Made by a program: the position numbers and the translations under genes | Shown: one piece after another, positions 49,910 to 63,037 of the stretch | How the letters are laid out: every line of letters begins with the position of its first letter | Position numbering within the stretch: position 1 is the first letter of the stretch | Notes under the pieces: generated by a model | Seen by the model: the letters and a program-made list of their open reading frames with translations, nothing else | The model's database searches: none | What the model was told of the DNA's origin: nothing | Source: Vitrella brassicaformis CCMP3155 | Lineage: Eukaryota > Protista > Chromerida | Length of the DNA: 64,000 bases | Reading direction: 5' to 3' | Assembly: GCA_001179505.1 (NCBI GenBank) | Contig: CDMY01000624.1 | Span: 1-64,000 of the forward strand

Positions 49910-50759
49910 ATGAGCTCGGTAGGTGACCGCCCCCACGCATCTACCCTGCCATCCCGGTCGGATGCAACGAGCTGGGGTGTTGTTTTAGATGCTGGAACCG
50001 GGGTTCAGTCTCTGACGTGGCTTGTGGCGCAGCAGACGAAAATTGCGAAGCTGGTTGCCGTCACAGCGAGTCCAAGTCAGGCCGAGACCTTACGGCAACA
50101 ATTCAAGGATAAGTTGCGGCCACAAGATGAGATTGTTGACGGGAATTGGGACGATTCGACATTTCTCAGCAACTTTCAAGCCGATGTCATTGTCGCCGAC
50201 TATCTCATAGGCGCAATCGACGGATTCTCACCCTATTTTCAAGATCGAATCTTCTCTCGCCTCGTGCAACACCTCAAGCCAGGCGGATGGCTGTACGTCG
50301 TCGGACTTGAACCGTTCTCGAACAGCGAGGCGACGTCCAAGGCGACCGAGCTGATCAAACAAGTTGCGAGAGTCCGAGATGCGTGTATTCTTCTCGCTGG
50401 CCATCGATGCTATCGTGAGTATCCGCAAGATTGGATCCATCGGCAACTCCAACACGTCAAATGTCGTATTGACGCCAGCGAGCGATGGCCTAATTTGTAT
50501 TTGGGTCGACAAGTCGAGCGTCAGGTTCGTCTTCAAGTTAGCTCATGGCAAATTCTCCGCCTCCTTCCTTGTTGACTTTGGTTGTAGATCCAAGTGGGGA
50601 GGGACGAATTGCCCTTCTTCCCCGATACTCAGCTTGCCGATAAATATATCTCGAAAAATTGTCCCGAGAGACACAGGAGCTTTACAGCAACGACCAGAAG
50701 CACTCGTTTGGGTTTGATTATGTCGTCTGCGCCGAATACCAGCCAGAAAGCTCGTCATA
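49910..50759 (+). CDS. Class I SAM-dependent methyltransferase; probable intron and apparent frameshift near the 3' end
   Basis: VLDAGTG, GNWDD, DYLIGAIDGFSPYFQD, LYVVGLEP and RDACILLAGHRCYREYP. Probable intron 50525-50587. A plausible tail (YLEKLSRE...HSFGFDYVVCAE) is in a different frame after about 50643. Confidence 0.8.
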
Positions 50760-51382
50760 GCTGTACAAGAGCAAATATCACTAGCATCGACAGAGACAAT
50801 GCGACGCTTCTTGATACATATCAGTCAATACTTGTCAGTCACCACACAGTGAATAGTAGAATTTCACCCATTCACCACACACAGTAACCACCGCCACCCA
50901 CTGCCTTTTCCAGCTGCCATGCATTGATTGACCCCAAGAGCGTCCGAGTGCGGAGGTGTGGGGGAAATGGAGGCCGGTCAGAAGGCAGGAATGAGCTACT
51001 GCAAAGTAAAACAAGATCGCAAATTCGTCTCGTCTTCGACAACTCCCAGCTCTTCCAATCACAAAATTCACTGCTTTCCTTTTTTGTGCGACGTACAGTT
51101 TGCATAGGCTCAAAGCTTTGAGATGGTTCTCTGTCCATTCGCACATTCGGGCGACACGGCATGGATCTGTCCATTGCATTATGTGGTCACACGTCACTCA
51201 CACAGAAGAGCCCCTGAATTACAACTCGGGACGAAGAAACCATCAGCTGGTAATAGCTCAGCAGCGTCCCTTCCTCGATCTCTACGCCCATCCAGCCCTT
51301 GTCAATCTAACTCTCTCTCCCGCAACACATGACCCGCCTCTCATCTGTCATCACGCCTCCCTGTCGGGGAATCATCTCATCT

Positions 51383-54300
51383 CTATTTTTCCCCCTCCCC
51401 GCCCCTCCTGCTGCCATCCCCCTCCCTGGACATCTGCTGCTGCTGCTGCTGCTGCTGGTTTGGCGGCACTCCGAACGCCGGCATGGGCGGCGGTGGGACT
51501 CCGAACGCCGGCATGGGCGGCGGTGGGACTCCGAACGCCGGCATGGGCGGCGGTGGCGGTGGCAACTGCGTGAGGCTGGCGACGCTCTGCCACACGCCGG
51601 GGGGGAGAGGGGGCGGGGGCGGGTACACCATGGCGTGGGGGAGGCCGGGATGCACCATTGGCATGGGGGCGGGACGGAAAGGAAAGGCAGCAGGGGCAGC
51701 AGAGGCACCGGGGGCTGTCTGCTGCCGCTGCTGCTGCTGCTGCTGAGCTGAGGCGGCGTTGGATGTGTGGTGAATGCGCTGCTGATGGATGGACGCCAGC
51801 TGGTGCGCCCAGAATTGAGACTGCGCTTGCAGAAACAAACACTGGCACAGACCGACGCGCCACACACAGGCAGCAGCCAGACAGAGAAGTGGATGAAGCG
51901 CCGCTATCACATGATTCCACACCCTTATTTGTCTGCCATCCCTCCCTCACACTCTCACCATCTGGTACGAGTGCTGCATGGCCAGCATGAGGTCGTTCAT
52001 CGAATTTGGAGAGGGGCCGCCAGCCGCCACACCACGTACCTCACCGACCGCGCCGACACCCAAACCACCAGGGAAGGTTGGCGGCACTCCTGCACAGCCA
52101 AACAAAAATCATAATGTAAGAGTAGACCGACATTCGCCCCTGTGTAGCCTCTGTGTACCTGGTGCGGCAGTGAACCCGAGCGGTGCTGCGGTGCCTCGTC
52201 CCTCCTCAAACACTCTAGGCACGGGCACCCAGCCGGCCGCAGACGATGATGCACCGGAAGCAGCCGCAGCAGCTGCCGGTGCCGGGGCCGGCACCTCACT
52301 GTCAGCCACACACAGAGACAGACGCCATCCATCCATCCATCCATCCATGTGTCACGCCTTACCCTCCCCGTCTTTGCCTTCCTTGTCTTTGCTGACCTGT
52401 CGTCCTTGACCATGCCGGTGCCCATGTCGAACCCGCCCATCCTCCTGGCCGCAGCAGCCAGCGCCGCCCGCCGTCGACGCAGCTCAGAATCGCCAGACTC
52501 TTCCTGAGCGGCTGGCAGGGGCGACACAGAAGGCTCGGACAAATCCCTAGCAGCGCGGGGCGGCGTCGCAACAGCAGCTGCCACCGATCCGGGGCGGGCA
52601 GGCGAGGGCGTCGCGAACTCGCGGGCGGCGCCCTGACAGACATCAAACACGTACACACACAAGGAATGGGTCTTGCGTCTCCGGTTGTCTGTCCACTTAT
52701 GAAGGCCTACTGGTGTCTCTCTGGGAGGCGTTCTTTCCAGCAGTGGTGGCTGGGCGGCTGGTGCAGCATTGTCTGGTCGTGCAGCGGCCCGTTCCGGGCG
52801 TGGGGGCTGTCTGGGTGTGTCGGTGTCTGCGTCGGCTGAGGTGGTGGGGGCGTGCAGGGGGATGTCGGCCCGACACGTTGGGCAGGACTGCTGCTGCACC
52901 AGCCACGACCTGCATGGCAATCGACACACAGGCACACGTGTCTGGGTCGGTCTGTCTGTCTGTCTGTGTTGGTGCCGACTTGAGGCATTCGATGTGGAAG
53001 ACGTGACCGCATGGCAGCTTCTTGTCGCCCTCGTAGAGTGAATCCCGGCATATGATGCACGTGTCGGCCGCCTCAATCTCCTCTGCCGTGGCGTCCGGGA
53101 ACCTGAGACCACACACACACACACACACACCCCACACAGAGGGACATGACCTGTGAGCTGCTGGCGATGCGATGTGCGTGTGTGCGTGGTGCGGTAAGGT
53201 AACCCCCCTCCCGAACAGCACACCGATTCGCCCCCCCCACCACCACACACACACACACACACCTGCTTTCCATGTTGGCTGTGAGTTGTCTGTATCGCCT
53301 GAATGACTTGAGCCGCTGGGCAAGGGTGCGGGCCACCCCGATGATGTCAGCCGTCATGTAAAGGGGCAGACGGGCCGGGTTCTGCAGGAAGAACACCAGC
53401 ATGAACACCTGCAGCGCAGTGCAGCCATCGATGGATGAAATGGAGCACACAAAACACACAACACAGATCAGATCAGCCGGCCGTTTCTCCTTTTCTTTGT
53501 TTGGCAGCCGGCCGGCCAACCGACCGACCAGGAAGATGCTCATGCTGACGACGTCGCCGAGGAGGTCCATGTAGAACAGGTTGGCAGACTTGGCTGTCCA
53601 ACCTGCGCACACACCACACCCATGCCCATGTGTTGGCGATGCATGTGTCGGCTGTCTGCCCGCCGGTAGGGTAGCACTACCGTTGTCTAGCCGAAGGTCG
53701 ATGAGGTGGATGATGTACTTGCCGATGCACAAGCCGCACGACGCGCACATAGCCAGCGTCTGGACGAAACGACGCACCAACCAACCGCACAGAGAGAGGA
53801 AGTCCTATGAATGATGGTGCGTGTGTGTGTGTGGGGTGGGGTTGGGGGGGGGGGGGGGGGGGGGGGGTGGCCACCTCGAACAGCAGCCAGGTGTAGAAGG
53901 TGGACGTATTGGACACTCGCGCATAGAAGAATGACAGGAGTGACGCATCCTGTGGTGCGCACCAGACAAAACAGCACGACAGACAGACACGTGTTCACGT
54001 GTTGTGACGCGCATTGGCCTCCCTCCCTCCCTCCGCCCTGCCTTCGCCATACGCACCACGAGCAACAGAGAGAAGAGAAACGCGCAGATGCGCAGCAGCA
54101 CGCCCACACGCGGGACGCCAATCTCAAACATGTGGGCGATCCTTATCGATGAGATGAGGTGGAAGACCTTGAGCGCCACGATGATGCACATGAACTGGAT
54201 GAGGTAGGCCGAGGCCACCTCCTTGCCGTCGATAGTGGGGGAGGCGAACACCAGGAAGAGGATCATGTCCAGGAGGAAGCCGCGGCCCTGGTCTATCAGC

Positions 54301-54614
54301 TGCTCCATCTCAAGATCTCTCAGCTGCCCGATGAAGAACCTCAGCAGCACCTTCGACGTCGCCACAAACAAAAAGAACGCGAAATTGTACATGACCTTCG
54401 CACACACACACACACACGTCGGTCACATGTGCTCGCTCGTCTGCTGGTTGTTGGTGTTGCTTCCTTCTTTCTGTTTTACCCCGAGGCTGATTTTGTCGGT
54501 GGAAAGGTAGACGACGGCCGGGTAGAACTCCTCGTATGTGATGTAGGCGTGCGTCATGACGCCCACCACACCCACCACAGACAGCAGACTGTACAAACCC
54601 AGCTCCACCCTCAT
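51383..54614 (-). CDS. HRD1: ERAD E3 ubiquitin ligase HRD1/synoviolin (TM region + RING-H2 + Pro-rich tail)
   Basis: FYPAVVYLS, IGQLRDLEMEQL, LKVFHL, WTAKSANLFYMDL, RFPDATAEEI..DTCIICRD..KKLPCGHVFHIECLKSWL.QQQSCPTCR. Confidence 0.95.
51466..51560 (-). repeat. 30-bp coding tandem repeat x3 (PPPPMPAFGV) in the HRD1 tail
   Basis: GGCACTCCGAACGCCGGCATGGGCGGCGGT-type unit repeated three times in frame. Confidence 0.9.
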
Positions 54615-54849
54615 CGCCGCCGGCTATCGTTCTCACGCCTCCACGGCAGCAACTCTTTTCCTCCTTTCTTCCTTTCTTCCTCGTGCGAGCTTATCGGAGA
54701 TCGCGGAGGAGGGCAAAAGGGACGAAAAGAGCAGGGGAGGACTGCCCCAGGAACAGGAGGACTGCAGCGAAGCACCACGTGAGAAACCGGCACAGAATGA
54801 CGCACAATCTACGTACACATGTGCGGGGCGCGCCGTGGCTGTCTGTGGC

Positions 54850-55640
54850 TGGACTCTGCAGAGGCGAAGATGAGTCGCTTCTTTAAACTGCACGACTCTC
54901 CTATTGTCTCGGAGTTTAACTGCACAGACTTGGCGGAGCTTGGCAAGTTGCGGACGGTCGGTCATGTAAAGAGCTTCCTCTAGTACTGCGCCGGCATGGC
55001 TGGCCTCAACAAGCGCTCTGATGTGGTGCTCATCGACTTCGTGGGCATGCCCGACAAAACGCCACTCGGCGACGTGTACGTGACACACGCACATACAGGC
55101 AGACAGATAGACAGACACAGCGTCACACGTGTGTGTCTGTGTGTCTGTGTGCTCCCTGCGAGCACAGGGGGCTGACCGAAGATAAGCCGATCGTCATCAA
55201 AGCGACCATGCCACTCCCGCCGGGTACGCCTCACAGCCAGCTGACTGGAACACTCACACAGATGTGCACAAGACTGAGTGACTCTCTCCATCTCGCTCTC
55301 TCTCTGTGTGTGTGTGAATGACCGACAGTCGCTGGCTACCCGGTGGAGCCATGGGTGGAGGAGTCCATGCGCGACACAGAAGGACGCTCCGGGACCGGTC
55401 GCCGTGAAGTGCATGAGTTGTCCCGGCTGTGAGATGTACTCGAGGCTCCCTCCTTCCCATCACACAGCCGGCTGTGGTGGTGAGTGTCGGGGCGTCTGGC
55501 CCCGGGGCGCCCGGCGCTTACGTGCTGCATACTTAGCAGCACACACGGAACACAGACACACACACACACACACAGACAGACAGCACCAAAAGCTGACTGG
55601 GCGCGTAGGCATCAGCGGCTGTGCTCTGGTGCGCGTCAAA
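54850..55640 (-). CDS. Possible multi-exon hypothetical gene
   Basis: Coding-like pieces LEYISQPGQLMHFTATG, RREWHGRFDDDRLIFG and VAEWRFVGHAHEVDEHHIRAL between microsatellite introns. The ends are not determined. Confidence 0.4.
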
Positions 55641-56496
55641 CACTCAAGTGGCTGTCTAGATGTTCATCTATCATTAATTTGATTAGCTGATTTCTTGCCT
55701 GATGTGACTTTTTGTCGTGTATGGCTGTGGCTAGGCTAGCAGGCTGGCTGATGTGATGCGTTGTATGGTCAGTGAGGGAGACACAGCGATGGGATCGATA
55801 ACCGGTTTGTTTTGGCGCATCATTGAGGAACGCCCTAGGTCAGACATATCAGAGGATCCGTGCACGTGTGAGATCATGAGAAGGTGAAGAATGAGTCTCG
55901 GCAACGTTCAGCTGACATGCAGCACGTGAGATGAACTGTTTGTCGTCGCATTGTAACTTCATCGGCCATGGAATTACCTCCATGGCATGGGGTGGGATCG
56001 ATGAGTGAGATGCATACGCAGCCGATCATGTGGACGATTAAGGGAAAGACTCACTCACTGTCGCATCCATCAGGCAGGCAGTGTCTGTCTGTCTGTCTGT
56101 CTTATGTCTGCGTCACACACCTTATCCACACACACACGGACAGAGCGAGATGTGATGATAATGTGCGTATGCATGCGATCAAATCATGGTACACACGAGC
56201 GCACAAACAAACAAATATATAGCTGGGCCGGGAGACAGGCAGGGTAGGTGGGCGGACGATACACAGGAGCCGCTGTGTTGTGGGTGGGGTGGGTGGGTGC
56301 CTAGCAAGGCACACCGAGACAGCCAGGCAGCAATACATACATGTCAGGCAGAGAGAGTTCAAAAACGCCACGCCACGCCACAGACAGCAATGAATAAGAG
56401 ACGGACGACCACTGCCTTCCCCTCCTTCTTTCTTCCGTCCGTCCGTATCACACACGACAAAGAACCCTCCCCTCAACAACCACACCACCACAGCCG

Positions 56497-59400
56497 TCAC
56501 TCTCCGCCATCGTCGGTCTTGGTCGTCCCATCTCCCTTACTGTCGCCATTGAACCGGTACGGATAGCTCGCGCCACCCTCCTTCCTCGATGACGACGCCT
56601 CGCCATCCCGCCCGCCCTGCTCCCCAGGAGTCTCCCCCTCATCGTGGCCATGGCTGTTGTTCTCAATCCACGTGGACAGCAGGGGGATGCCGACGGACCG
56701 CCGCTCCTCTGCCACAGACCCCATCGACGAACACGACTCGACATGACGCTGCGGCCGATGTTGCTGATCCTGCCGCAATTCCACCACTGCGGGCGGTGCA
56801 ACTGCCAGCGGGGGGGCACTTGGTGAGTGGGCGGTGGGTGATGTTGGTAGTGGTGGTAGCGGCTGGGGGACGGGTGCGGGTGCTGCGTCGATAAAGCTCG
56901 ATGACGAGCCGGTGCGGCCACACACGGCGAAGCACTTGGTCCAGCGGCGCAGAATAAAGTCCATAGTATCGGACACGCGACGAATCGTAGTTCTGATGAG
57001 CACACACACACACGACAGACAGGCAGGCAAGCGCGGGGGATGGATGGATGGAGGGAGGGAGGGAGGGAGGGAGGGACAAGGCAGGTTGAGTGTCCACCTT
57101 ACGCATTAGCGTCTGGCTGGGCGAGGGTGGAGACAAAACCCGATAAAACGTCCACATTGTCTCGGCCATCGCTGAAGGCTGCCGCCTCATCCTTGTCTCC
57201 CTTCACACCGTCATGGCCGCACACACACGCCTCACCACCGCCACCAGGGGCGGCAGCAGGATCAGCGGACAGTGGTGCCGGTGGATCCCCCTCTCTCCGG
57301 TCATCGTCAGTGCCGTTTTTTGTGGCGGCATCAGGCAGCGGCACCGCCTTCATGCCGGCCCTAGGGAAGATCCGTCTGAGTGCGGGCGACCATGGTGACC
57401 AGTAGGCCTGCCCGTCGCTGCTGGTCTCCCTTCGTTGCCGCGCCGTAATGGCTCCTGGGGGCGTCCCCGCACGCCTAGCAGATCGGGTGAGCAGTGGGCT
57501 CCGCCGTTGCTGCATACGGGGGGAGAGACGATTGGCGGCCTGCTGCTGCTGTTGCTGCTGTGACGACGAGACGGCGTTGGCAGACGGGATGAACTCGCCG
57601 ACACGGTGGATGTGGCTCTTGATGCCGAGCAGCTCTTCGTAGGCCTCCATGATCTCCTGGACGACCTGAGCCTGCACCTCCTCGGTGATGAGCAGACCGG
57701 CACGGTCCTTGGCGGTGAAGACTGCCGACTCGTCGTTGAGCACCTCAGCCAAGTCACACGCGTTGAACTGAACACACACACACCAACACATACACACATA
57801 AAGAATAAGACATGCTGATGGTTGTTTTGATTGCTGGGTGGTCCGACTGACTGACCGAGTGAGGCGGCAGTGTGCGGCTGGCGGCGATGGTGCTGGCGTC
57901 GGTCCCTATAGCGCTCGCATTGACGCTCTCGGGCGTACTGCTCGACCCACCCGCCACAGACTTGTCCCCCTCACCACCACCCCCACCACCACTTGCTGCT
58001 GCCGTCTCAGTGCCGCCCCCCACCCCGTAGCCCGCGAGGCTCATGCCCATGTTCTCCATTATCTGCGTGACGGCGCCGGTAGTGCCGGAGGTGCCACCGC
58101 CAGGGTCATTCTTGCGCATCGTCCATCCATTTCTCCTCTCCTGCCACTCTTGGCTGTAGTTCTGCAGGCTCTTGTAGGCGCCCTTGCTGGTGTCCTTGAC
58201 GAGGCGGAATGTGCCAAGGATGGGGAGGTAGATGAGGTTGAGCATCCCCACCCCCACACCCATGGCACCGCCCACGAAGCCGCCCGACTTGACGCCGTGG
58301 AGCGGGTACGTCACGATGCCTTCGAAACCTGATGCATGCATCATTAGGATGGATGTGCAGCATCGTCAGAAGAGACAAATTGCAAGGGAGGGACGGCTTT
58401 GTGTGTGTGTGTGTGTGTGTGTGGTGCGTGTGTGAGGGGGCGGGAGGTGGCTGACCCTGCTGCAGGCATTCGGCGTATGTCTGTGCGCCCCGCATGACGC
58501 CTTCGTGGAAGTTGCGGATGTTGCCCTTCTTGCGCCGCCACGTCCAGTCGATGGCATGGTACTCCCTGACACAGCAACCATAGTGACCACATCGACCATC
58601 TGCAGAGAGAGACAGATGGACTGCGTACCTACCTTCTTGTGTGTGGCCTGAAGTTGAGTATGGCGTCGTCATCGGTGCCCTTCCTCCTCTGCATGGTGCC
58701 CAGGACGTCCCGCCTCACCAGGTGCGGCCACTCGTCCGCATCGCCATCGTCGCTAACCCCACGCTGCGCAGCCAACTCCGGTGGCACCGGCACGCTGATA
58801 ACCAAACCGTCCTCAGCACTCGACGAAGACGACCCCTCCCCCTCTCCCTCTCCCTCCGTCAGGTCGTCTTTGCCAGCCGCGGCGGTCTCCAACAGCGGCA
58901 GATTTGGCTCACTGACAGACATCGGAGGCATCATGTCCACTCGACGCCTTACTGTGGCACTGGCAGCCGACGGGGCAGCGTCGCCATCCCCCGAGCACTC
59001 AGTGCGATCGCTGGGATCCCTCAAGGGGTCAGAGAGGAGGTCTGTGGGTGCTGGTGGTGCTGCTGGTGGCGGGGGAGGGGGAGGTGTGGGGGGCGGCTGG
59101 GCAGTGTCTTGGGTTGGTGTGGTGGGTGCTGCATCTGGCTTGCTGCTGGTGTCCTTCTGCCCTCCGAGTAGGGGCGGCAGTGGTGGCGCGTCGGCTTTAG
59201 ATCGGATGAGCGGCTTGGTCTGCTGTGAGAGGGGCGTCTCGAGAGGGAAGCGTCGCCTGCGCCGCCACGCGTAGCCCTGCGGGCCGTTGATCACATAGTC
59301 ACATACCCTGCCAGGTCAGACAATCGACAAGCAGACCAGACGCACACCGATCAACACAATCCACACACGGGATCGTTCTCGTGTTCCTTCTTACTTGCAG

Positions 59401-62400
59401 AGCCTCATATCGGCGTCGTGGTCGTAGACCTTGGCCAGCCCCGCCGTCTGCAGAAAGTGCTGCTTCGACTTGCTGGACCGGCCCATCGGTGACCGAAAGG
59501 GATCGCTCTGGTGACTCAAACACCGAGTGGCCCTGACAGGCGTCTCCCCACCGCCACCCACACCCACACCCACAGACGCCTCGGTGGCGCACCGCATCGG
59601 CGGCGCCGACACTGCTCGCGCAGACGCTGTGGCTGTGGCTTTGTTGTCGGTGTCTGCCAGGCTGGCCGTGTCGGTGGACATGGCCAGCAGGGGCTCGCCG
59701 GCAGCAGGAACGGCGTCGGAGCGTGAGAGTCTGGCGGGGGAGCGCGCCTCGAGGCTGACGGGCGATGGCGAGCCGTTGGGCGTCTTGGAGAGGGCATCGA
59801 TCTGGCTGTGGGTGGCGGAACGCAGCTCCTGGATTGTCTGGCGTGTAGCAAAAGGGCAGCGAATGAATGACCACTGAGTGTGTGTGGGTGTGGTGTGTGC
59901 GCGTGTGGTGTGGTGTGTGACCTGGTCCTGTCTCTGCAGTAGTGCCTGTCGGCAGACTTCGCACTGCAGCAGGTCCAGGGGCAGCTGCCGGTGGAACGCC
60001 GCCACGCCCTCCTCCACACCATTCTCACGCGCCATCTGCTCCGCCAAAATGGCCGCATTCGCCTTGGTCTAAAGATACACCAAAACCAACGCACACGTGA
60101 CCAATACGGCTCGCTCTGCTGATGAGTATCTCTCACATCGTCTCGCTGGCAGTGTCGAATGGCCTCCGCGAAGGCTTTCTGCGTCATGCGTGTGCCGGCG
60201 ATGGGTGCCGGCCCCGCCCCGAACCGCTTGACCATCTCGCCCCAGAAGAACTGGTCGCCGAAAAACGGCACGACGATGGTGGGCCGGCCGGCGCGGAGCC
60301 CCGCTGCCGTCGTGCCGGCGCCGCCGTGATGGCAGACGGCCTCACACCGGGGAAACAGCCAATCGTGCGGACAGTTGCCTGCAGGAGACAAAGAGGCAGG
60401 CGTGGAGATGGGGTGGTGGAGAGATGGACTGACCGATGAAGAAGATTTGGTCGGGGTTGACGTCTTCGAGTTTGGAGAGGTCCTCGCTCCAGCCCTTGTT
60501 GATCAACGCACGCACTCCAGTGGAGCTGTCAGACAACCAGCCACCCAGAGAGACACACGAGGAGAGAGGGAGAGAGAGAGAGATGCAGCGAGCCAGCCAG
60601 GCACCCGGCCGTGTGTGGTAGGCTGCTTACATGACGGCTTTGATGATTCCGCTCATGATTCGGTCGAAGCCGTCGACCACCACAGAGCCAAAGCCGATGT
60701 AGAAGGGCGGCGGACCCTTAGACATGAAGGCGTCCAAGTCGCTGGGCGGCCGATACGACGTCACACTGAGAAATGCGCACAGACCCACAAAACACACACA
60801 ACACACACATACAGATGGATGGTTCAAGCTAGCATGGTGGCGGGGCGGGGGGGCACACCAACCAGTCAAGGAAGAAGAATCCGGTGATGTCGATCTGCGG
60901 CCCCCAGTCTTTCGGCTTTGGGATGAGGGACGGCGACCAGCAGTAGGCATGCGGCACCTTCAAGTGGTCCAACAAACTAGGAGCTGACAGATCAACAGAA
61001 GCACCGCCACTGATGGAATGCCTGGGCTCTTTCTTCTCTCCTGATTGATTGATTGATTGCTTGACTGACTGACCTTCTTCGGTCCTGTGGATGGTGTCCA
61101 GGCCGAGTGTCCTCTTGCGGAAGTTGTTGATGAGGTCCCGCATGCCCAGCCACGTCAGCTCGTTGACCAAAGTGTAAGACAGCCAATTCTCAAACTCATT
61201 CGTCGCCCTGCAAAGCACAGACACACACATATCCACACATCCGTTTGTTTGCATGTGTGTGTCTGGCTACGGCCCCCACCTACCCACCTGTCATGGTGTG
61301 TGAGGGGGTGGGGGAAGCTCTCTGTGGGCGACCACGGCATAGTGAAGTAGATGTGGCAAGGGATCTTGAGCCGCTCCGCCACGTGGATGTGCGCCCACGA
61401 CACAGGGTTCGCTATGATGGCCTCGGCCACAAACTCCTCACCCGTGTCCAAATCACTCGCCCTGCACAGCACACACACAGCGGCATGGGATGGACATCTA
61501 GCGTCTTGTCGTCTGTCTCTTGTGTGTGTCACTCATTCGGTCATTGGTACGTGCTGGCGGGCCAGGCCGACTGGATGATCTCATCGAGGATCTGGCGCTT
61601 CTTGGGGATCTCACGGGGGTCGCGCGGCAGCAGACCTGACCCACCGCACCAGCCCCACCCCCAACACACGACTGTGCGGCACTTGCCTGTGTGTGAGTGT
61701 ATGTGTGTGAGTTGATATGGGCCCTGACAGGCACGTACCAGGGTTGCGCACCATGTAGGCGAGCAGCTCCTTGGGGTCACCGCCCAGCGGATAAAACGCC
61801 AGACCCTCACCCTTGACGAAATCCTACCACACACCGCACCCATGCGCTCATGCGTCACTCCCTCCCTGCCTGCCTCCCGTGTCACCCTGAAATTAGAGTG
61901 TGTGGCGAGCCTGCAGGTGTGTCCGATCTCATTCAGCTTCTTGGCCAGCGGGATGAATGGCTGCACGTCGCCCCGCGACCCCACCACCAGGATCAGTATC
62001 TTGAGCCGCGGGATGAACTCCAGATTGTCCGGCTGGATGAACAGCTGGCCCACAAGCATGTGCGCCTTGCTCCGGACGTCCTCCCGACACAGAAACTCCG
62101 TCAGGTCCTTCTCGATGCACCGCACACTCTTGTCGATCGACACGTCGTTCTGGTCCTCCAGACCACACACAGTCTCCTCCAGGCGGTGCACCAGCTCGGG
62201 GAATTCGGGAGAGGGGAGGTTGGGGAAGCGAAGCTCGATGCGCCGGAGGGAGACGATGAAGTAGGAGGAGCTCATGAGCAGCTCTCGCGTGGCGTCTTGG
62301 TGTTCGATCTGGAAGAGGAGCAGGAGCTGCGCGCCTCGCCGGCTCCACCCCTTGATGCGGATCTGGTAGTGGGGCGTGGTGTCCTTGATGCTGTCGCGGT

Positions 62401-62789
62401 CGTGCCGGCTGGCCTCCTTCTTGGCGAGCTCCTCACCTGCCGCACGAAGGTCAATGCGGCTGTCGTGGGTGAGGGTCCTGTGCAGCACCATCGATACACC
62501 ACACACACAACAGACAGACAGACAGGCAGACAGATAGGCAACAGGTGAGGTGCCGATGCATAACTTGCTTGTCCATCTCTCGGAGCCCGTGTGTGTGTGT
62601 GTGTGACCTGAGGAGTTTGATGGCTTCCTCGTCCTTGGCTTCATCGTCGCTTGGCAGAGATGCCGGCGAGTCCTCCTTGACGGCACGGCCGGGCGACCGC
62701 AGCTGCCCCTCGGCCACGGCAGCAGGCTTGCTGCCCCTCGCTGATCTGGGCCGCTTCGACGAGTCGGATGATGCGCGAGACCGAAACAT
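56497..62789 (-). CDS. GT1-family sterol 3-beta-glucosyltransferase-like protein (UGT80/ATG26-like) with N- and C-terminal extensions
   Basis: [49 protein letters not shown]...[35 protein letters not shown]...[12 protein letters not shown]...[12 protein letters not shown]. Confidence 0.92.
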
Positions 62790-63037
62790 CAGGGACGCCG
62801 CGAGCAACAGAAAGAGAAGCAGCACCGACTACTTAGCAGCACCGAATACTAGCATAAGCCATCAGCACGTGGTTTTTTCCTCATCATCGCTTCTTTTGCG
62901 AGCTCAGACGGGAGCGATCCGAAGCTCCAGCTCCCCCTTGACTCGTTTTGGACGGTGTAGCGTTCCTCAGGCAACCTCTTGCAGCACATTGATGTGTAAT
63001 TGCGTGTTGACGACGTTTGTTTGAGCGTCCCGCGGCG

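Noticed and set aside
51466-51560. Regular direct repeats as a possible CRISPR array (also about 2030-2145 and 35300-35375)
   Set aside because: They have no unique spacers, are in-frame coding repeats, and no cas genes are present in this eukaryotic context.
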